DNA of 64,000 nucleotides from Amphiscolops sp. MND2022 (GCA_964187785.1 OZ076409.1:28708001-28772000); one strand, 5' to 3'. Shown: positions 1-12,886, numbered from the stretch's first letter. The notes: generated by a model from the letters alone, not told the origin. Numbers and translations: made by a program.

Positions 1-104
1 TTTCACCTGTCGACAAGGCCTGGGCGATAATCGATCACTTAGGTGATGAAGCTCGGAGTTTTATAATCAACAAACCGGAGTCCGAACGGGATTCTCACGA
101 GAAG

Positions 105-1274
105 GTGACTACCTTGCTCTCCAGTAGATTTGGGATTGGGAGTAACCGCTGGCCAGTGAGGCAGGCTTTCAGGTTGCGAAATCAGCTTGAGAAAAAGGGC
201 CTGATGCAATATCTAGATGCATTGGAGGGTCTGAGGAGTCAGGGTTTTCCTGATGAACATATCACTACCCGACGCTATGAAATCTTGCATCGGTTCACGG
301 ACGGGGTCAGTGATCCCGTGTTGCAACGAGAACTGACGGTGGTGTTTGCGACAGAGGCGTATTTAGCCGACCCACCTATCGTGGAGTCACTTCGGTTCAC
401 TGTACAGGAACTCCAAAGGAGTCGTCACCAACAACAGCCTCGTGACCCAGGGTGCACCGAGACTGTACCTTATCAGTACCTACAGAGCGACCAAGTGCCT
501 GGGTCACCAGTGGCCCCGCAGCATGGATCGCTGCCACCCCTTGCAGGCCGGTCGGCGCGATTGCCGATGCCGGCTGCGTCAGTACACACAGCTCCTGAAT
601 ACAGACAGACCGCAACCTTAGAGCAATCCGCGCGCTGCTTGCAGAGTGCTTGCGCGAGACGCAAGCTGGTGGTGCATCGCCCGGAGCATATTCTTGACCC
701 ACATAGTGAGCCACAGCAAGGTGCTGCAGCAGCGGTTCCAGCGCCTGCTGTCCCAGTGAAATCGTGCACAACTGAGGTGTCTGCAGATTGTCCAACATTA
801 TCAATCCAGTCAGAAACTTCCAGCCCTAGGGCTGAAGAAAAGAAGAAAACGGATGCAACGCAAACCCTGTCTACTGCCTCTGGCAGGGTATTAATGCTAC
901 GCCCAGCTGACCAAGCCACCGTAAATGCTCCACTGACTGTCACCAGTAGGACAAAGCAGGTGCAGACAGGTTTGGAGTCCACAACGTTTGACCCTAGTGG
1001 CCGGACTTTATTGTCTGTACACCTAATGCTAGCCTCGGAGCAACAAATACGCCCGGATTTGACTTTGGAAAATATGAAGCTGGAGTTAGCTAGCAATCCG
1101 GCTGTCAAAAAGATCTCCTTACCACTGCCAAAAGAATGGTACACTGAAGGCGAAGCTAGCACATGCACGGCATACTCGCCTGTTCCTGTGCACGCTAACA
1201 TAGATGGCGTGGACATGAAATTTGATGCTAGCGTGGTATGTGTTCCCTCAAGGAGTGTGTCTAGGGCCACATGA
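105..1274 (+). CDS. gag: E1 gag-like region (5'-truncated) running into the pre-protease region
   Basis: Retrotransposon gag-like text (FRLRNQLEKKGLMQYLDALEGLRSQGFP...RFTDGVSDPVLQREL). Overlaps the pol ORF in another frame. Confidence 0.7.
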   Translation: MTTLLSSRFGIGSNRWPVRQAFRLRNQLEKKGLMQYLDALEGLRSQGFPDEHITTRRYEILHRFTDGVSDPVLQRELTVVFATEAYLADPPIVESLRFTVQELQRSRHQQQPRDPGCTETVPYQYLQSDQVPGSPVAPQHGSLPPLAGRSARLPMPAASVHTAPEYRQTATLEQSARCLQSACARRKLVVHRPEHILDPHSEPQQGAAAAVPAPAVPVKSCTTEVSADCPTLSIQSETSSPRAEEKKKTDATQTLSTASGRVLMLRPADQATVNAPLTVTSRTKQVQTGLESTTFDPSGRTLLSVHLMLASEQQIRPDLTLENMKLELASNPAVKKISLPLPKEWYTEGEASTCTAYSPVPVHANIDGVDMKFDASVVCVPSRSVSRAT

Positions 1275-4200
1275 ATTACGCTGCTATAGCATCAGCAAGC
1301 AAGAGCCCACAGGTGAGGCCCGCATAGATGAGCGTGCGTCGCTCGTAGTATCTTTTGCAGTGCCAGATGCCAACCCTATTCCACCGAGAGGAATGGTCGA
1401 CACGGGGTCAGGCGTATCAATCATGAGTTTCTCAGCCTTCAACCGTGTAGCCTTGCGGACAGGTGTAGCGCTACAACCTTATCGAATCGACTTGTATGCT
1501 GCTAATGGGAAGACGGTAAAAACGCTTGGAATAGCGGAGCGCGTGCGCTTCCAACTTGGTGGATATGAACTCGAAACAAATTTCGTGGTCGTTGATGACG
1601 CACATGGCTTGGAAGATTTCTTGCTGGGTAGGAATTTTCTGCGAGCATACAACGTGCTGGTAGATCTGACCTCCATGAAAATAGTGGTGCGAGCCCCGAC
1701 TAAGCCCGTGTGGCATCACGCACACGCCCAGACGAGCGATCAAACTTTATCCAGTACAGTAGTTTTGGATCAAGACGTAGTGCTACAGCCATTCGAGCGT
1801 GCTGTTCTACGTGCCAAGGTGGTGACTTCGGACTTGGAAGCTTTCGCTTTCAGAAATGTGGTGATTAACTTTGCAACACCGAACCGATTGCTGAAGAACA
1901 CTATAGTCGTGGAGGACACTATAGCCACTGTTGGAGAGACAGGTTCGTTCTATGTCTCTGTTGGCAATCTGACAAGCAACGCCCAGAAAGTGAAGTGCGG
2001 CACCATGCTTGGTACTGCTGCGCCAGTACGCCTAGTCTACCATGCAGTTCCCCAATGTGCGCTAGCGCACAAAGGCGAGAGTGACGAAAAATCGGACTCC
2101 CCAAATGAGTTCGTCAACAGGGTCTATTCTGAAATGGACCTGAACTCGCATTCAAAATGTTCGTCGTCGTCGGAGTTCAAGTTTCTCTCCTCTACAGACC
2201 CATCGGAGGAGGGGTTGTCAGAGCGCGAGATCAGAAAGCGCACTGACCCTGATCTCTTGGCCCCTATTCCTGGACCCGAAACTCAGTTAGAGGAGGTACA
2301 AAAGTTGTGGGGACAGACTGCCCGCGACTCGCTGAACAACATCCTAACGGGATTTGATGACCTATTCATGAAGCACAAAGCAGACATTGGTCGCTGCACA
2401 ATAGCCAAGCATCCTGTTGAGTTGGAGCCTGGGGCTGTACCGCATCGTGAAGGTGCTCGTAGGATGTCCCCTGAAAAGGCTGAGCGTGCCAATCAAGAGA
2501 TACGCAATCTCCTGGCTTTGGGCATGATCCAACCTTCGCTATCACCTTGGGCGAGTGGGATTGTGATGGTAAAAAAGAAAAATGGGGAGTTGCGATTCTG
2601 CTGCGATTTTCGCCCCCTCAACGCTGTCACAATAAAGGACGCGTATCCCCTGCCACGCATCGATGAAAGCCTTTCACGCTTGGGTAAGGCCAAGATTTAC
2701 ACTACTATTGATTTGGCTTGGGCTTTCTGGCAGATACCAGTGCGCAAAGCAGATAGGCAGAAAACGGCCTTTGCTTGCGAGCTGGGTTTGTTTGAATGGA
2801 GATGTATGCCCTTTGGGATGTGTAATGCTTCAGCTACTTTCCAGCGAGCCATAGCGCGAGCGCTACGGAAAATTGTGAACCGTGAAGGAAGCATGGTGAT
2901 GGCGTACATTGACGACATCGTCATTGCTACGGAGACAGTCGAGGACCACATGGTACGCTTACGCGAGGTATTTGAATGTCTGCGCGAAGCTGGCTTCAAA
3001 ATGAGAGTCGCTAAGTGCGACTTTATGAAGTCGGAAATCAAGTACCTGGGACGTGTGGTCTCTGCCGAAGGTATCAAACCTGATCCTAAAGCAGTGGCAA
3101 AACTACGCGATTGGAAAGTACCGAGGAACAACACGGAGATGCAAAGCTTTTTGGACTTCGTCAACTATTATCGAGAGTTTATTCCTTGGCACGCCAAGCT
3201 TGTGGCCCCCTTGCATGCTATTACCGGCCTGGGCGCGACTTTCGCCTGGGGGGATGAGCAGCAACAGGCTTTCAACGCCGTCAAATTGGCTTTGATCGAG
3301 GCAACTGCCTTGGCGCAACCGGACTCGGAGGGCGAATTTGTGCTGGACACTGATGCCAGTGCTGTTGCAATTTCCGGCATTTTGCATCAGTGGCAGGGTC
3401 CTCCGGGCGAAAAGCGCCTGAGACCAATTGTGTATGGTAGCAAGAAGTTGAATGCCACTCAAGCGAAGTATGGCGCTCCCAAGCTTGAAATGTACGCAGC
3501 TAATTATTTCACCTTGAAGAATCACAGTTATCTCTGCTCCAGAAAGTTCATCCTTCGGGTTGACAATCAAGCTCTCTCTTGGCTCAAAACGTATTCCACT
3601 GATCAGGCCTTGATTGGTCGATGGGTTATGGCACTCGAGAAGTACCATTTCAAAGTGGAACATCGTCCCAGGACACAGCATAGGATTGCCGATGGTCTCA
3701 GTAAACGAACCAATGATTATCGGTGGCGAGAGAAGCAGCTCGAGAAGCTGCCAGCTGTGACGGACAAATGGAATTTCCTCTCACAGGAAGAGTTTGACCA
3801 GCTGCCCGTTGCACCTTGGTTCGATTTGCATGGTCGGGTGATACCCAATCACCCCCAATTGCCCGCTCACTTGCGGAACACTAAACCAGACCCCACAAAT
3901 GCAGTTTGTCGTGTTGCACGACGGCGTAAGCGCCGTCAGGCCGCTGAAAAAAGGGAGAGGGCGCCACGCGCTCCTCTACCTGAGGCACTAGTGCCTACAT
4001 TGCAAACTCACGAAGACTTCTATCCAGATTATCCTGAGGACTGGATTGACGTCACTGAAGAGGCTAGGCAAGATTACTTGCTGCCTACACATGTGGCAAA
4101 TATCCCCTCACGCATGACATATGCCCTTGACGAAACAGTGGAGCAAGCCATGGCTTCCGCTCCAACGGTGGTTAGGCAAGCTGCCCTAGCCATCAAAGAC

Positions 4201-5491
4201 AAAACGGAACTTCATGAACATGCCAACACGGTGCATGGCATCAAGGATCTGCTTTTGGCGCAGAATCGTGATGTGCATGTTGTAACCATAAAGAAGTTGG
4301 TAGCACAAGAGTCTATTGATCATGACATTTTTCCTGACGACGTGCGTGCGTTCGCACGTAACTATTACAAGCAGAAAAAAGATCTTCTGTTTGTAAACAA
4401 AAATGGAATTCTTTGTGTTAATTATCCACCTCAGCAACGTCCATTGCACGAACGTCCGTGCATGTTTGTAATGTCACAATTGTACCAGCATGAAATTTTG
4501 TTTCGTGCTCATGATGCCATGGGCCACCAAGGCATTGCAAAGGTGGTTTCGCGAATCCAAGAACGCCACACCTGGCCAGGTATTCGCCGCAGTGTTGGTC
4601 AGTACGTGAGTCAGTGCCTCACGTGCCAGCAAGTACGTGACAGGCCGGGTGACGTTCGGTTTCACTTGAAAAATATCCAAAGTGGGTACTTCAATGAGCT
4701 GGTCCAGTATGACCATCTGAAAATATGCCCCTCCGATAACAATAACACCGGCATATTGGTGATAATTGACCATTTCTCCAAGTTTGCGGAGGCTGTACCC
4801 TGCAGCCATGAGGATTACGATGCAGTGACCACGTCTAGGTTGTTTTTGCAGAAATGGTTTGCCAGACACGACACGCCTACGCGGATGCAATCAGACAATG
4901 CCCCCAACTTGACTGCAGAGGTATCCAATGAGGGCATCTCAGGTCACAAAAGTTACCTCTACGGCGGGTCATCCGCGCACCCAAGGCCTGAATGAACGAC
5001 AAAATCGGACTTTGCTGACTTTGTTGCGGGTATTTTGCTCGCGTCGCATGAGAGATTGGGACCAGCATTTGGATGAAGTCATGGGAGCGTATAACTCAAC
5101 GCGCCATGCTACGACTGGGTTTTTACCCTACATGCTGACCCGAGGGACCGAAAAGGCTATTCCTCTCACCTATCTGTATCCGGAGTTCGCAGCCAAATCA
5201 TTTGAATCGCATGGAGCTTGAGTGGAGCATATTCTTGCTCGCCAGCAAGAGATTCATGACTTGGTGCGTAGAAACACGCATCAGGCGCAACAACGTCAAA
5301 AGCTAAAATATGATCGAGCTATTCGTGCAAACGCATACAATGTGGGAGACCCCGTTTGGGTATTCTGCCGCTATGTACCTCAAAAGGGATCACCGAAGTT
5401 GATGAGAGCTTGGCGTGGTCCGCACAAGGTTGTCCATGTACTACAAGATGGCCGCGTCTATATCCTGGACACAGGACAAAGTGCACTTTGA
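1222..5491 (+). pseudogene. pol: E1 pol: aspartic protease, RT, RNase H, integrase (frameshift ~4930, stop ~5219)
   Basis: MVDTGSG protease; LRFCCDFRPLN, MPFGMCNA and YIDD RT; LDTDAS RNase H; HDAMGHQG..CLTC zinc finger; DDE core (IDHFSK, SDNA); WRGPHKV GPY/F-like motif. Confidence 0.95.
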
Positions 5492-7850
5492 GCGGCTGAA
5501 ACCTCATCATGGTGGCCCTACGGAGTTTGTTGCGCTTCCCTCGGGGAGTGGCGAAGTGGTCGTTGTCATGGATCTTGAGCCTGAGCACTCTGCTGAGGAG
5601 ATCCGAGATGACTGCTCACAACCCTCGTATCGCGAGGAAGAACCGCTCTCTGAAGCATCAGATGTATCGCTACCATCAAGGAGACGCCACTGGATGGACA
5701 CCAGGTTGCGTACTAGAATGCGAGCTGGAGGCAGTCGTCTCCACTATCAGCAATTTGACTGTTCCAGTTCCGACCCAGAGCGTTCGCGCTCTGACGACTT
5801 GCTGTCAGATGCCCGAGATCATTCCCAGGCAGAACCTCCGGCGCTATTCGAAGCTTCAATGCCTCCCGATGAACAACCTCGGTCATTTGAACCTGCCAAT
5901 GACTACGAGCTTTCATTTTTATCCGAATCTGAAGTTATTCCGGAAGCACCTCAATCGCAAGATATTCCCGTTGCAACTGGAGAAGCCGAAGTATCACTAG
6001 CGGGTACATCTGCTCCTCTGTTGACAAATCCTACATTGACGGATGTGCCTATTAGTATTCCCCAATTGCCGAATGGTACCTCCAACCTCCAAAACACTGA
6101 AACCCGTGACACCGAGTTATCCAACACCAACGAGCCAACTGCTCGGAACAATGTCCCTAGCACGCGTGGCAGGGGCAGATCGCGAGCTGCTTTATCTCGT
6201 TGTTCGACACGAGCAACAAATTCCCGGTCGCAGAACGTGAGCGTGCGCGCTCAAAGGACTCCCAGTCGCAGAGGACGTCCTCGAGGACGACCTCCTCGGA
6301 GGCCACGAGGACACACTGTTTCTTCACGGCAAACAGCTCGTGAAAATGACACACAGCTATCAATTACATCCGATTCTGACTCTGATGCGCCCACCGCGCA
6401 GCTTACATCCGATGTTGACCAAGGCGCAACGCAGGTTAACCCACACTATGGCTTACACCGGAATCGAGTACCTCGATATCGATGTGGAACCTGTGAGTTC
6501 CGCGATTGCACTTGTGTCATGGCTCTGAACAAATCGCCCACTATCCCACTTGGACCTGTAAAAGCTCCGGTGGATCCAAAGCCTCAACCTTTTATCCACA
6601 ATGGTAAGCTTCTTGTCAGTCGCGTTGTCATCCGCGCAGAGAAGACATACACCGGACTAGAAAGAGAACGTATCTTCCCTGTAGACGTCGTGCTGGAAGA
6701 ATTATCTAAATCCAAGATTGCTGAGGAACCTTGTCCCCGCTTCAAGGAGTGGACGAGCGATCTCCGCGGATTGGAATTCACACTTGCCGTCACAGTGCCT
6801 CCTGTCACTCCTAACATTGTATTTGGACCTTTCAATTATGAGAGGGAACCCATCCAAATGGTCCGCTGTATCACCGCTGACCTCCTATCTGACAAATACG
6901 GCATCACTTGTCAGCCTGGTGAAGTGTATCGCCCAGCCCAATATTGGTGGTTGCTTGTAACTGCCCCACATGCTCACTCTTTGGTCCAGCCTGACAGCTT
7001 GCGGAGCTGTCTAGAGAGTTTGCGGACTGTTGTCACTGAGGAACTCATTTTGTGCTTCCACATCGTTGATCTTTATCGTGGAAAACTACGGTTCCGATTG
7101 TGGTTAGAACTGATTATCACTTTGTTCGCCAGCTTCCCTCGTATCCGCCTTTTGGATGATTGGACCCATACCTTCACCGAGCCTGTAACAATCCACACTG
7201 CACTTGGTACCCTGGATTCATGGTCAACAGCAAATGTGGATAATCAGTCTCTGTCGAGGTCCGTATGGCAGGATCTATCCGCTATTCGTGGACAGAACCA
7301 TATAGACCCAGCTGATGAAAAAGGTCCCGGACGTCAGATTGTGTTTCCTGGTGCCATACGACCAAATTTGGTCGACTACATTGTTTACGACCAAACTGAT
7401 TTCTTGCAGGTGCAGGGCCACGTAGCAATTGGCTGCCCTGCCGACCTTAATACCAATTCTGCTGCCTTGCGCTACATTCTTCGCGAGTGTGGCAGCGACA
7501 AAATATTCCAACTTCGCCCAACAGTTGGTGAAGTCCTAACTCTCCCATCCTCATTGTCTTTAATAGATAGTCAGGTTATTCACCTAATGATAACACGCGC
7601 CTCCCAGCGTTCACCACAAATCACCGATGACTTTGTCTTATGCTTGGAGCACTTGAAAGCTTCATTATTGTCCAACGAAACCCCTGATATTCATTTCCCC
7701 ATAGTGGACCCTGAACGCCCACTTCGCAGTTTGGACAATTTTTATCATAGTGTCATGGACGTTTTTGCAGAAACTGATATCACTATATTTCTGCATGATC
7801 GCGTCTATGTCTCCATTGCCAGTATTGAACAATTTCCTGGCATCACTTAG
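5415..7850 (+). CDS. E1 Pol C-terminal extension: low-complexity/Arg-rich region, Cys motif and two degenerate macrodomain-like repeats
   Basis: Begins with the integrase tail KVHFERLKPH after a frameshift near 5480. Contains RYRCGTCEFRDCTC. Two segments (~6810-7165, ~7375-7800) follow the TARG1/OARD1 macro-fold pattern. Confidence 0.75.
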   Translation: MVRTRLSMYYKMAASISWTQDKVHFERLKPHHGGPTEFVALPSGSGEVVVVMDLEPEHSAEEIRDDCSQPSYREEEPLSEASDVSLPSRRRHWMDTRLRTRMRAGGSRLHYQQFDCSSSDPERSRSDDLLSDARDHSQAEPPALFEASMPPDEQPRSFEPANDYELSFLSESEVIPEAPQSQDIPVATGEAEVSLAGTSAPLLTNPTLTDVPISIPQLPNGTSNLQNTETRDTELSNTNEPTARNNVPSTRGRGRSRAALSRCSTRATNSRSQNVSVRAQRTPSRRGRPRGRPPRRPRGHTVSSRQTARENDTQLSITSDSDSDAPTAQLTSDVDQGATQVNPHYGLHRNRVPRYRCGTCEFRDCTCVMALNKSPTIPLGPVKAPVDPKPQPFIHNGKLLVSRVVIRAEKTYTGLERERIFPVDVVLEELSKSKIAEEPCPRFKEWTSDLRGLEFTLAVTVPPVTPNIVFGPFNYEREPIQMVRCITADLLSDKYGITCQPGEVYRPAQYWWLLVTAPHAHSLVQPDSLRSCLESLRTVVTEELILCFHIVDLYRGKLRFRLWLELIITLFASFPRIRLLDDWTHTFTEPVTIHTALGTLDSWSTANVDNQSLSRSVWQDLSAIRGQNHIDPADEKGPGRQIVFPGAIRPNLVDYIVYDQTDFLQVQGHVAIGCPADLNTNSAALRYILRECGSDKIFQLRPTVGEVLTLPSSLSLIDSQVIHLMITRASQRSPQITDDFVLCLEHLKASLLSNETPDIHFPIVDPERPLRSLDNFYHSVMDVFAETDITIFLHDRVYVSIASIEQFPGIT

Positions 7851-8960
7851 CTTCAACGTAATTTTTTTCAGTTTATTTTCTATTTGCTATCCTGATATCT
7901 CATGCTTGATACGCGATGCTTGTTACTTTCTGGTAGCATGCGTTGAAATTCATTGCCCAAACCACACTCCACTTCTTTTCGCGGGGGGAAGGAGTGTCTT
8001 CAACGCCCAATCCATCCTCTTGCATTTTCTTCGCATTTTTTGTTAGTCATTGCTATCTTTATCTTAATGAAGGTGCTCAACGATTAAAGCCCGGGGAGCC
8101 CCAGTGCAATAAATAACCCAAAAACTCTACATGTATTGCTACGCCCGAAAGGTGCTATTTTTGTTTTTTTTTCAAGATTTCCAAATATTTCCTCCAGATT
8201 CCAACGTGATATCCAAAAAATAAGGAGCGCGCGCGCTCCTGATCTGCAAATGGCAAGATTTGATCTACCTTTGTCTGCTTTACTCCAGTGCTTACTCTTA
8301 CGAGCAGTTCGTAGTTTGCTTCTGATGCGCTCTTTGACAGATGCTACTGAACTCTATCTAGGTATGGAGCTACACATCAGTGAGTGTTGCCCAAACCAAG
8401 CCGAACTGTAAAAAAAAGTATCGAAGAAACAGCTTGTCTTCCTTTCAAACAGTGGTTTTACTGCTGAAAAGAAGTTTTAGCGAAAATAACTTTTAACTGT
8501 GCTGCAAACTGAAGTTTTATTGCCGTGGAAAAGATGTTTTTGCTGAAAACCACGTGCGCTTTGGAGCGTGAGCGCTCCGTAAAAGAAATTTTAGACGTCC
8601 AAAAACCAAAGTGCTAGCAGAATCCCATTCAGACTTTTGCAGAAAACTCGTGCTAAAGTGGTGCTTTTTTGATTGATGTATGGAATCTTGGATTTGATCA
8701 ATTTCAAGGTGCATTTTTGAGTACTGGTTTTCTAGCTCTCGAGCTAGTTCTGTTTCAACAGTTTCTGGACGATGCAGGTTCTCTGGATGGCTAGAAGCAA
8801 GACCTCATGGTTGCCCCATCAGCAAAAGATGACAGTGCCACTGGACCGTTGCAACATCACCAGTTTGAGACCCCCATGGATTGCACTCATGATGTGGCGA
8901 TGTATTCAATGCCAGCCTCTCCGCATGACAGGGACGTCATGCATAAAGCCCGGGGAGTGA

Positions 8961-9733
8961 TGTAACGGCAAGCTCTGGTACAGCAATATCAACCAATTTT
9001 GCAACTTTGACATGTTCAGAAATTTTGTCAAAAATTCTAATCCGATGTGTGACCTGGCACTGAGCATGTGATTGCTCTTTTCGCTGTTTCCACGAAATTG
9101 GCAGGTACTTCGACAACAAAGAGCAAGAACGAGCAAAAACACGGGCGCGCCGCCATGACAGAAGCCAGAGACGGTAAGAACGACCGAAAATAGACTCTTT
9201 TTGAGGTGCTAACACCGGTTTTATCGGTTTTCCGCATTATGCTACCCTATGTAGCGGAAACCGTAAAAATGAGTCTTTTCGCCTAAAGATCCTTGTTTGG
9301 TGCTTGGAGCCCCTGCGCCCCAGCTTTTTAGCTGTGTGGTTTGCCATATTCGTGCCTGTTTTCATGTATTTTCAGTGATTTTGGCTGTATTCAGTAGCGC
9401 TAGCGCTAGTTTAGATCTTATTCCCCAATTTTAGATCTTATTCACATGTCACCCTGGAACTGGAAATTTACCTTATTCTTGGCATTGTTTTTATATGCTA
9501 GTTAAGCGGTGGTCTTTAGAGAGCCAGAAAGATGCCCGTTACTATTAGCAATCAAAGACTAGGACCGGTTGGACAGTATTCGTCGAAGCACCCGCGGCCC
9601 CGGGACGTATTTCACCCCTGGAGGCAAAATGGATCTGTGGCGATGGGCGCCTGTCCCGAGCGATTCACCCATTCCTGCAGGTTCCTCCACCTCTGTTAAC
9701 GCGTTAAGCGACCGATAACTGCTTGCCGTTACA
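8961..9733 (+). repeat. E1 3' LTR (773 bp)
   Basis: TG...CA ends with a 13-bp terminal inverted repeat; preceded by AAAGCCCGGGGAGTGA; homologous to 39021-39723. Confidence 0.9.
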
Positions 9734-12445
9734 AAATCGCTATCTAATACAATTCTACTTTAGACGATGTATGATTTTAACTTCCGTGATGTTTTCTTGT
9801 GATGCAGTAATCATGGGAAAGACAAAAATCAGCCCTTAGTTCACAAAATCTTTTACAGCTGAAAACATGCCTGATGATAATCCAACGTGTACCTAAATTC
9901 CTCTTTTTTTGTTCATGCAAATCCTCTGGCAATTCAGGAACACTCGATAAGTACTGGGCTTTCAAAAATCCTTGAATTTGGACTTTTTTACTTTTTTGTA
10001 GCATGTCGTATAGAAGCTTGTTTTAGTAAATACAGAGATTCGTTCGGTGCAAAAATTTTGTTGCTGTGGGTTCTCAGGTTTTGCTATTGGTTTTGTTATA
10101 CCTCTATTCTTCTTACCTTCTCAGTCCCATGTCGGTTTCCAATCCCAAAACAACTATTTATTATTATTTGTTTTTTTGTTTCTTTTTATTCTTCTTGCCG
10201 TCTTTGTCCCATGTCCGTTTGGAATCCCAAAACAATTATATATTAACTTTATTCATAATTTGGTATGTTCCGATGAAATCACAGCTACTTCTCTCGGTCA
10301 TTGATAGTTCATTAGTCTGCGTGCGTTACAAGTCAGTTTGGTATGTATGTCCACAGTGTGTACGAGTGAAATGTCGCAAAGGCCAGCTCGCACTACGACC
10401 GCTTCGCGACCTCCGTTCCGGCTAGGTCTTTGCTCGTTCCACCTCGCTTAGCAAGATGGAAACATGAGGGGGGGGGGAATAGAGCGAATGCGGCCATATT
10501 CGAGGCATGTTTTATACTTTACACTTTTATACATATACACTTTAACGTGTTAGAAGCGAGTCAAAATGCCGAACAGGATAGCATTTTCGTCATTTCGACC
10601 TCAATTTCGACATCCGGCAATTCAGCTTCAACTATTTGACTGGTTTTCGGTCAGTGTAGCAGAAGCAAAATCATTTTCAGCCAAAGTAATATCATCATCT
10701 TTGGAAACAAGAGTTTTCCGTAGCGTACGTCATTGTAGATCGATGATCTCCAACGTACATGGTCATTCCCTCGTCGTTTAAAGTTTTATTCACACCACTT
10801 CCAAAGTATGGAATTTTGGCAATATCACAATCTTGGGTGATATATTTGCTATGACAATCAAGATTGTTAATTTGGAGAAGTTTCGTGTAGGAGCAGAAGT
10901 GCCGCAGCAATGTCAATATCAGATCGCTGCATGATAACCATCATAGAATTCAGTGAAACTAATCTATCAGCACAATATTTAATTATTTAATCCTGTTGTG
11001 GAGAATGCCTAGAGTAAAACAAGGTATCAATTTGTATCCAAATGTGTAATCCATGTTCCAACATTGAAGAGAACGTTTCCGCATTTCACTTTTGGTCAAC
11101 CATTGTTTACCTTTTGCAAATGTTTCAAACTGGTGTATGGTGGAGTTGTTCCGCAAGTTTTGGGCACTTCACCTTCCCCAGAATTGTAATGATATTGGCA
11201 AGTAGTTGATCATTTTGTTCACAGTAGTCCATCACAAGTAGTGCAAGACGGTGTGGTTTGCGGGCCAATCATAGGACTTTGACACAAGTCAGGTACAGCT
11301 TTATTGGCTTCACAGTTGTAAGCAGACAGGGCTAATTTTTTTCGCAAAAAATGGTTGAAGAATGCTCAAAATGAAAGTATTGAATGTTTCAATCAAAAAA
11401 TGGCGAACACGTCCACGAAAAACAACAGTGAACTTCGAATGGAAATAAAAATAGGAAGCCAATACACCAAAAAGCGTTCACTAAACACTTGTCCAGCAAT
11501 TCATCAAATCTGTAATATTTTCGGGCATTAGCTTTGCCTATTTTCTCGTGTGAATGCTCTCAGAAAAAGCATATGGTTCCAGCTCCTGAAAAATCCGTGT
11601 GATCTAACAATGAATAGGATCTGCGTTTTACCGTGCGTAAAACCACGCGCAATTTGTTTGGCATCTCCGGCAACATCATGGCCTGATCTAATACGTGCCA
11701 CAAACTATTTCAAACAGTGTCTTTTATTTGCTTGAGAACTTTTTCGCATGAAAAATTGTTAATGCTAAATTTCATGGCTGTAAAACGTTTTATCGATATT
11801 GACTATCGTTTGACCTAGTTCAATTTGAAAAACACTGGGAAACATCAATTTTAACTTTTCAAAAATTGACAAACAGTCAATCGATTTTCTTTCAAAGGTC
11901 AGTAGACTTTTTCCCCGTTGTTGAAATGTTCCGTAATCCCATTTTCTCAAGCTACACGCATTCATCTCTGAAGTGCCTCCGTTTCTTTAATCACAGCTTT
12001 TCTTTCGCATCTCCTCTTGACAAATTAGGTACTTAAAAAAAGTTCCTGTCATTCAGTTTGTTTCTTTTTCAAAAACTTCTTGAGAGTACTAGGCGTGTTT
12101 TGCGTCCTGTGTTGAAAGTAACAAGGACAATTCTCGATTTCCTTCGGTCTCTGTCGGGACTTCCAAGTATCTTCCATGGCTTAACTTGACTTTGATGTCA
12201 ACGCTGCATTAGTCGAGTATCGTGTTCACTTCTCCATTTGTTGTGCGGGGTCAATATTTGTTTTTCTATGTGTTCAGAGCCCCAAGATCTTCTGAATCAT
12301 CACAACTTGATGTAAAATTGTGGTTCAGTATTTGTTGTTAGTCCGATCACGGCAAAGATATTCTTGCTAACTGACTCAATGTTGTTTTGCCGTTAATTCG
12401 CTCTAGCTGGTTTGAAATTCTCTACACGGAAACATTCAAGACTCT

Positions 12446-12785
12446 TGTCACAGCCCGCACCCATACTGGCTAGCGGGTGCAGACGAGTGGGAATTGGGAG
12501 AGGCCATGGTTGCGGATCAAGATTCCCAAAGTGGTATTTTAACTATCAAACTCGAAACTTTGATTAAAATAAAATGTGACTAAGGATAAAATTGCACGTC
12601 TATTTTGCTAAAATAACAAGGAAATGTTCCGAGATTCACTAAAAGTCACAGTTTATGCACGCAATGTGTTAAGATAATTTTCCCCTTTTAATACTAGAAG
12701 ATTCTGTACATATGATGTTTTCTTTTCATTAAAAGAGCCATACTACGAAGTTGTTTGACACTAAGTTGTCGTCGTCCTGCCGACA
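12446..12785. mobile_element. Solo LTR (340 bp) with 5-bp TSD ACTCT
   Basis: ACTCT|TGTCACAG...GCCGACA|ACTCT. Termini resemble those of the E3/E4 LTRs. Confidence 0.75.
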
Positions 12786-12886
12786 ACTCTTAGAACCCAA
12801 GCCCAGACTAAAACTTACAGTTTGTGATACATTTTCTACTGATGCGTAATACCTATTGTAAAATCACTGATCCCATGAAGCATTCA

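Larger units (their letters stand above)
1..9733 (+). mobile_element. Ty3/gypsy LTR retrotransposon E1 (5' part outside window; 3' LTR present)
   Basis: gag-like ORF, then PR-RT-RNaseH-INT order in pol, a purine-rich tract at 8945-8960 and an LTR at 8961-9733 with TGTAACGGCAAGC...GCTTGCCGTTACA termini. Confidence 0.93.

Noticed and set aside
473..4890. Numerous minus-strand ORFs overlapping E1 gag-pol
   Set aside because: Antisense shadows of long coding frames, with no motifs.
5415..7850. env gene in third-ORF position
   Set aside because: No signal peptide, furin site plus transmembrane anchor; the ORF begins with the integrase tail, so it is a frameshifted Pol extension.
11110..11335. 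Cys-rich minus-strand exon-like segment (LSAYNCE...CTTC), possibly a host gene relic
   Set aside because: Contains stops or a frameshift and no supporting neighbouring exons were found.
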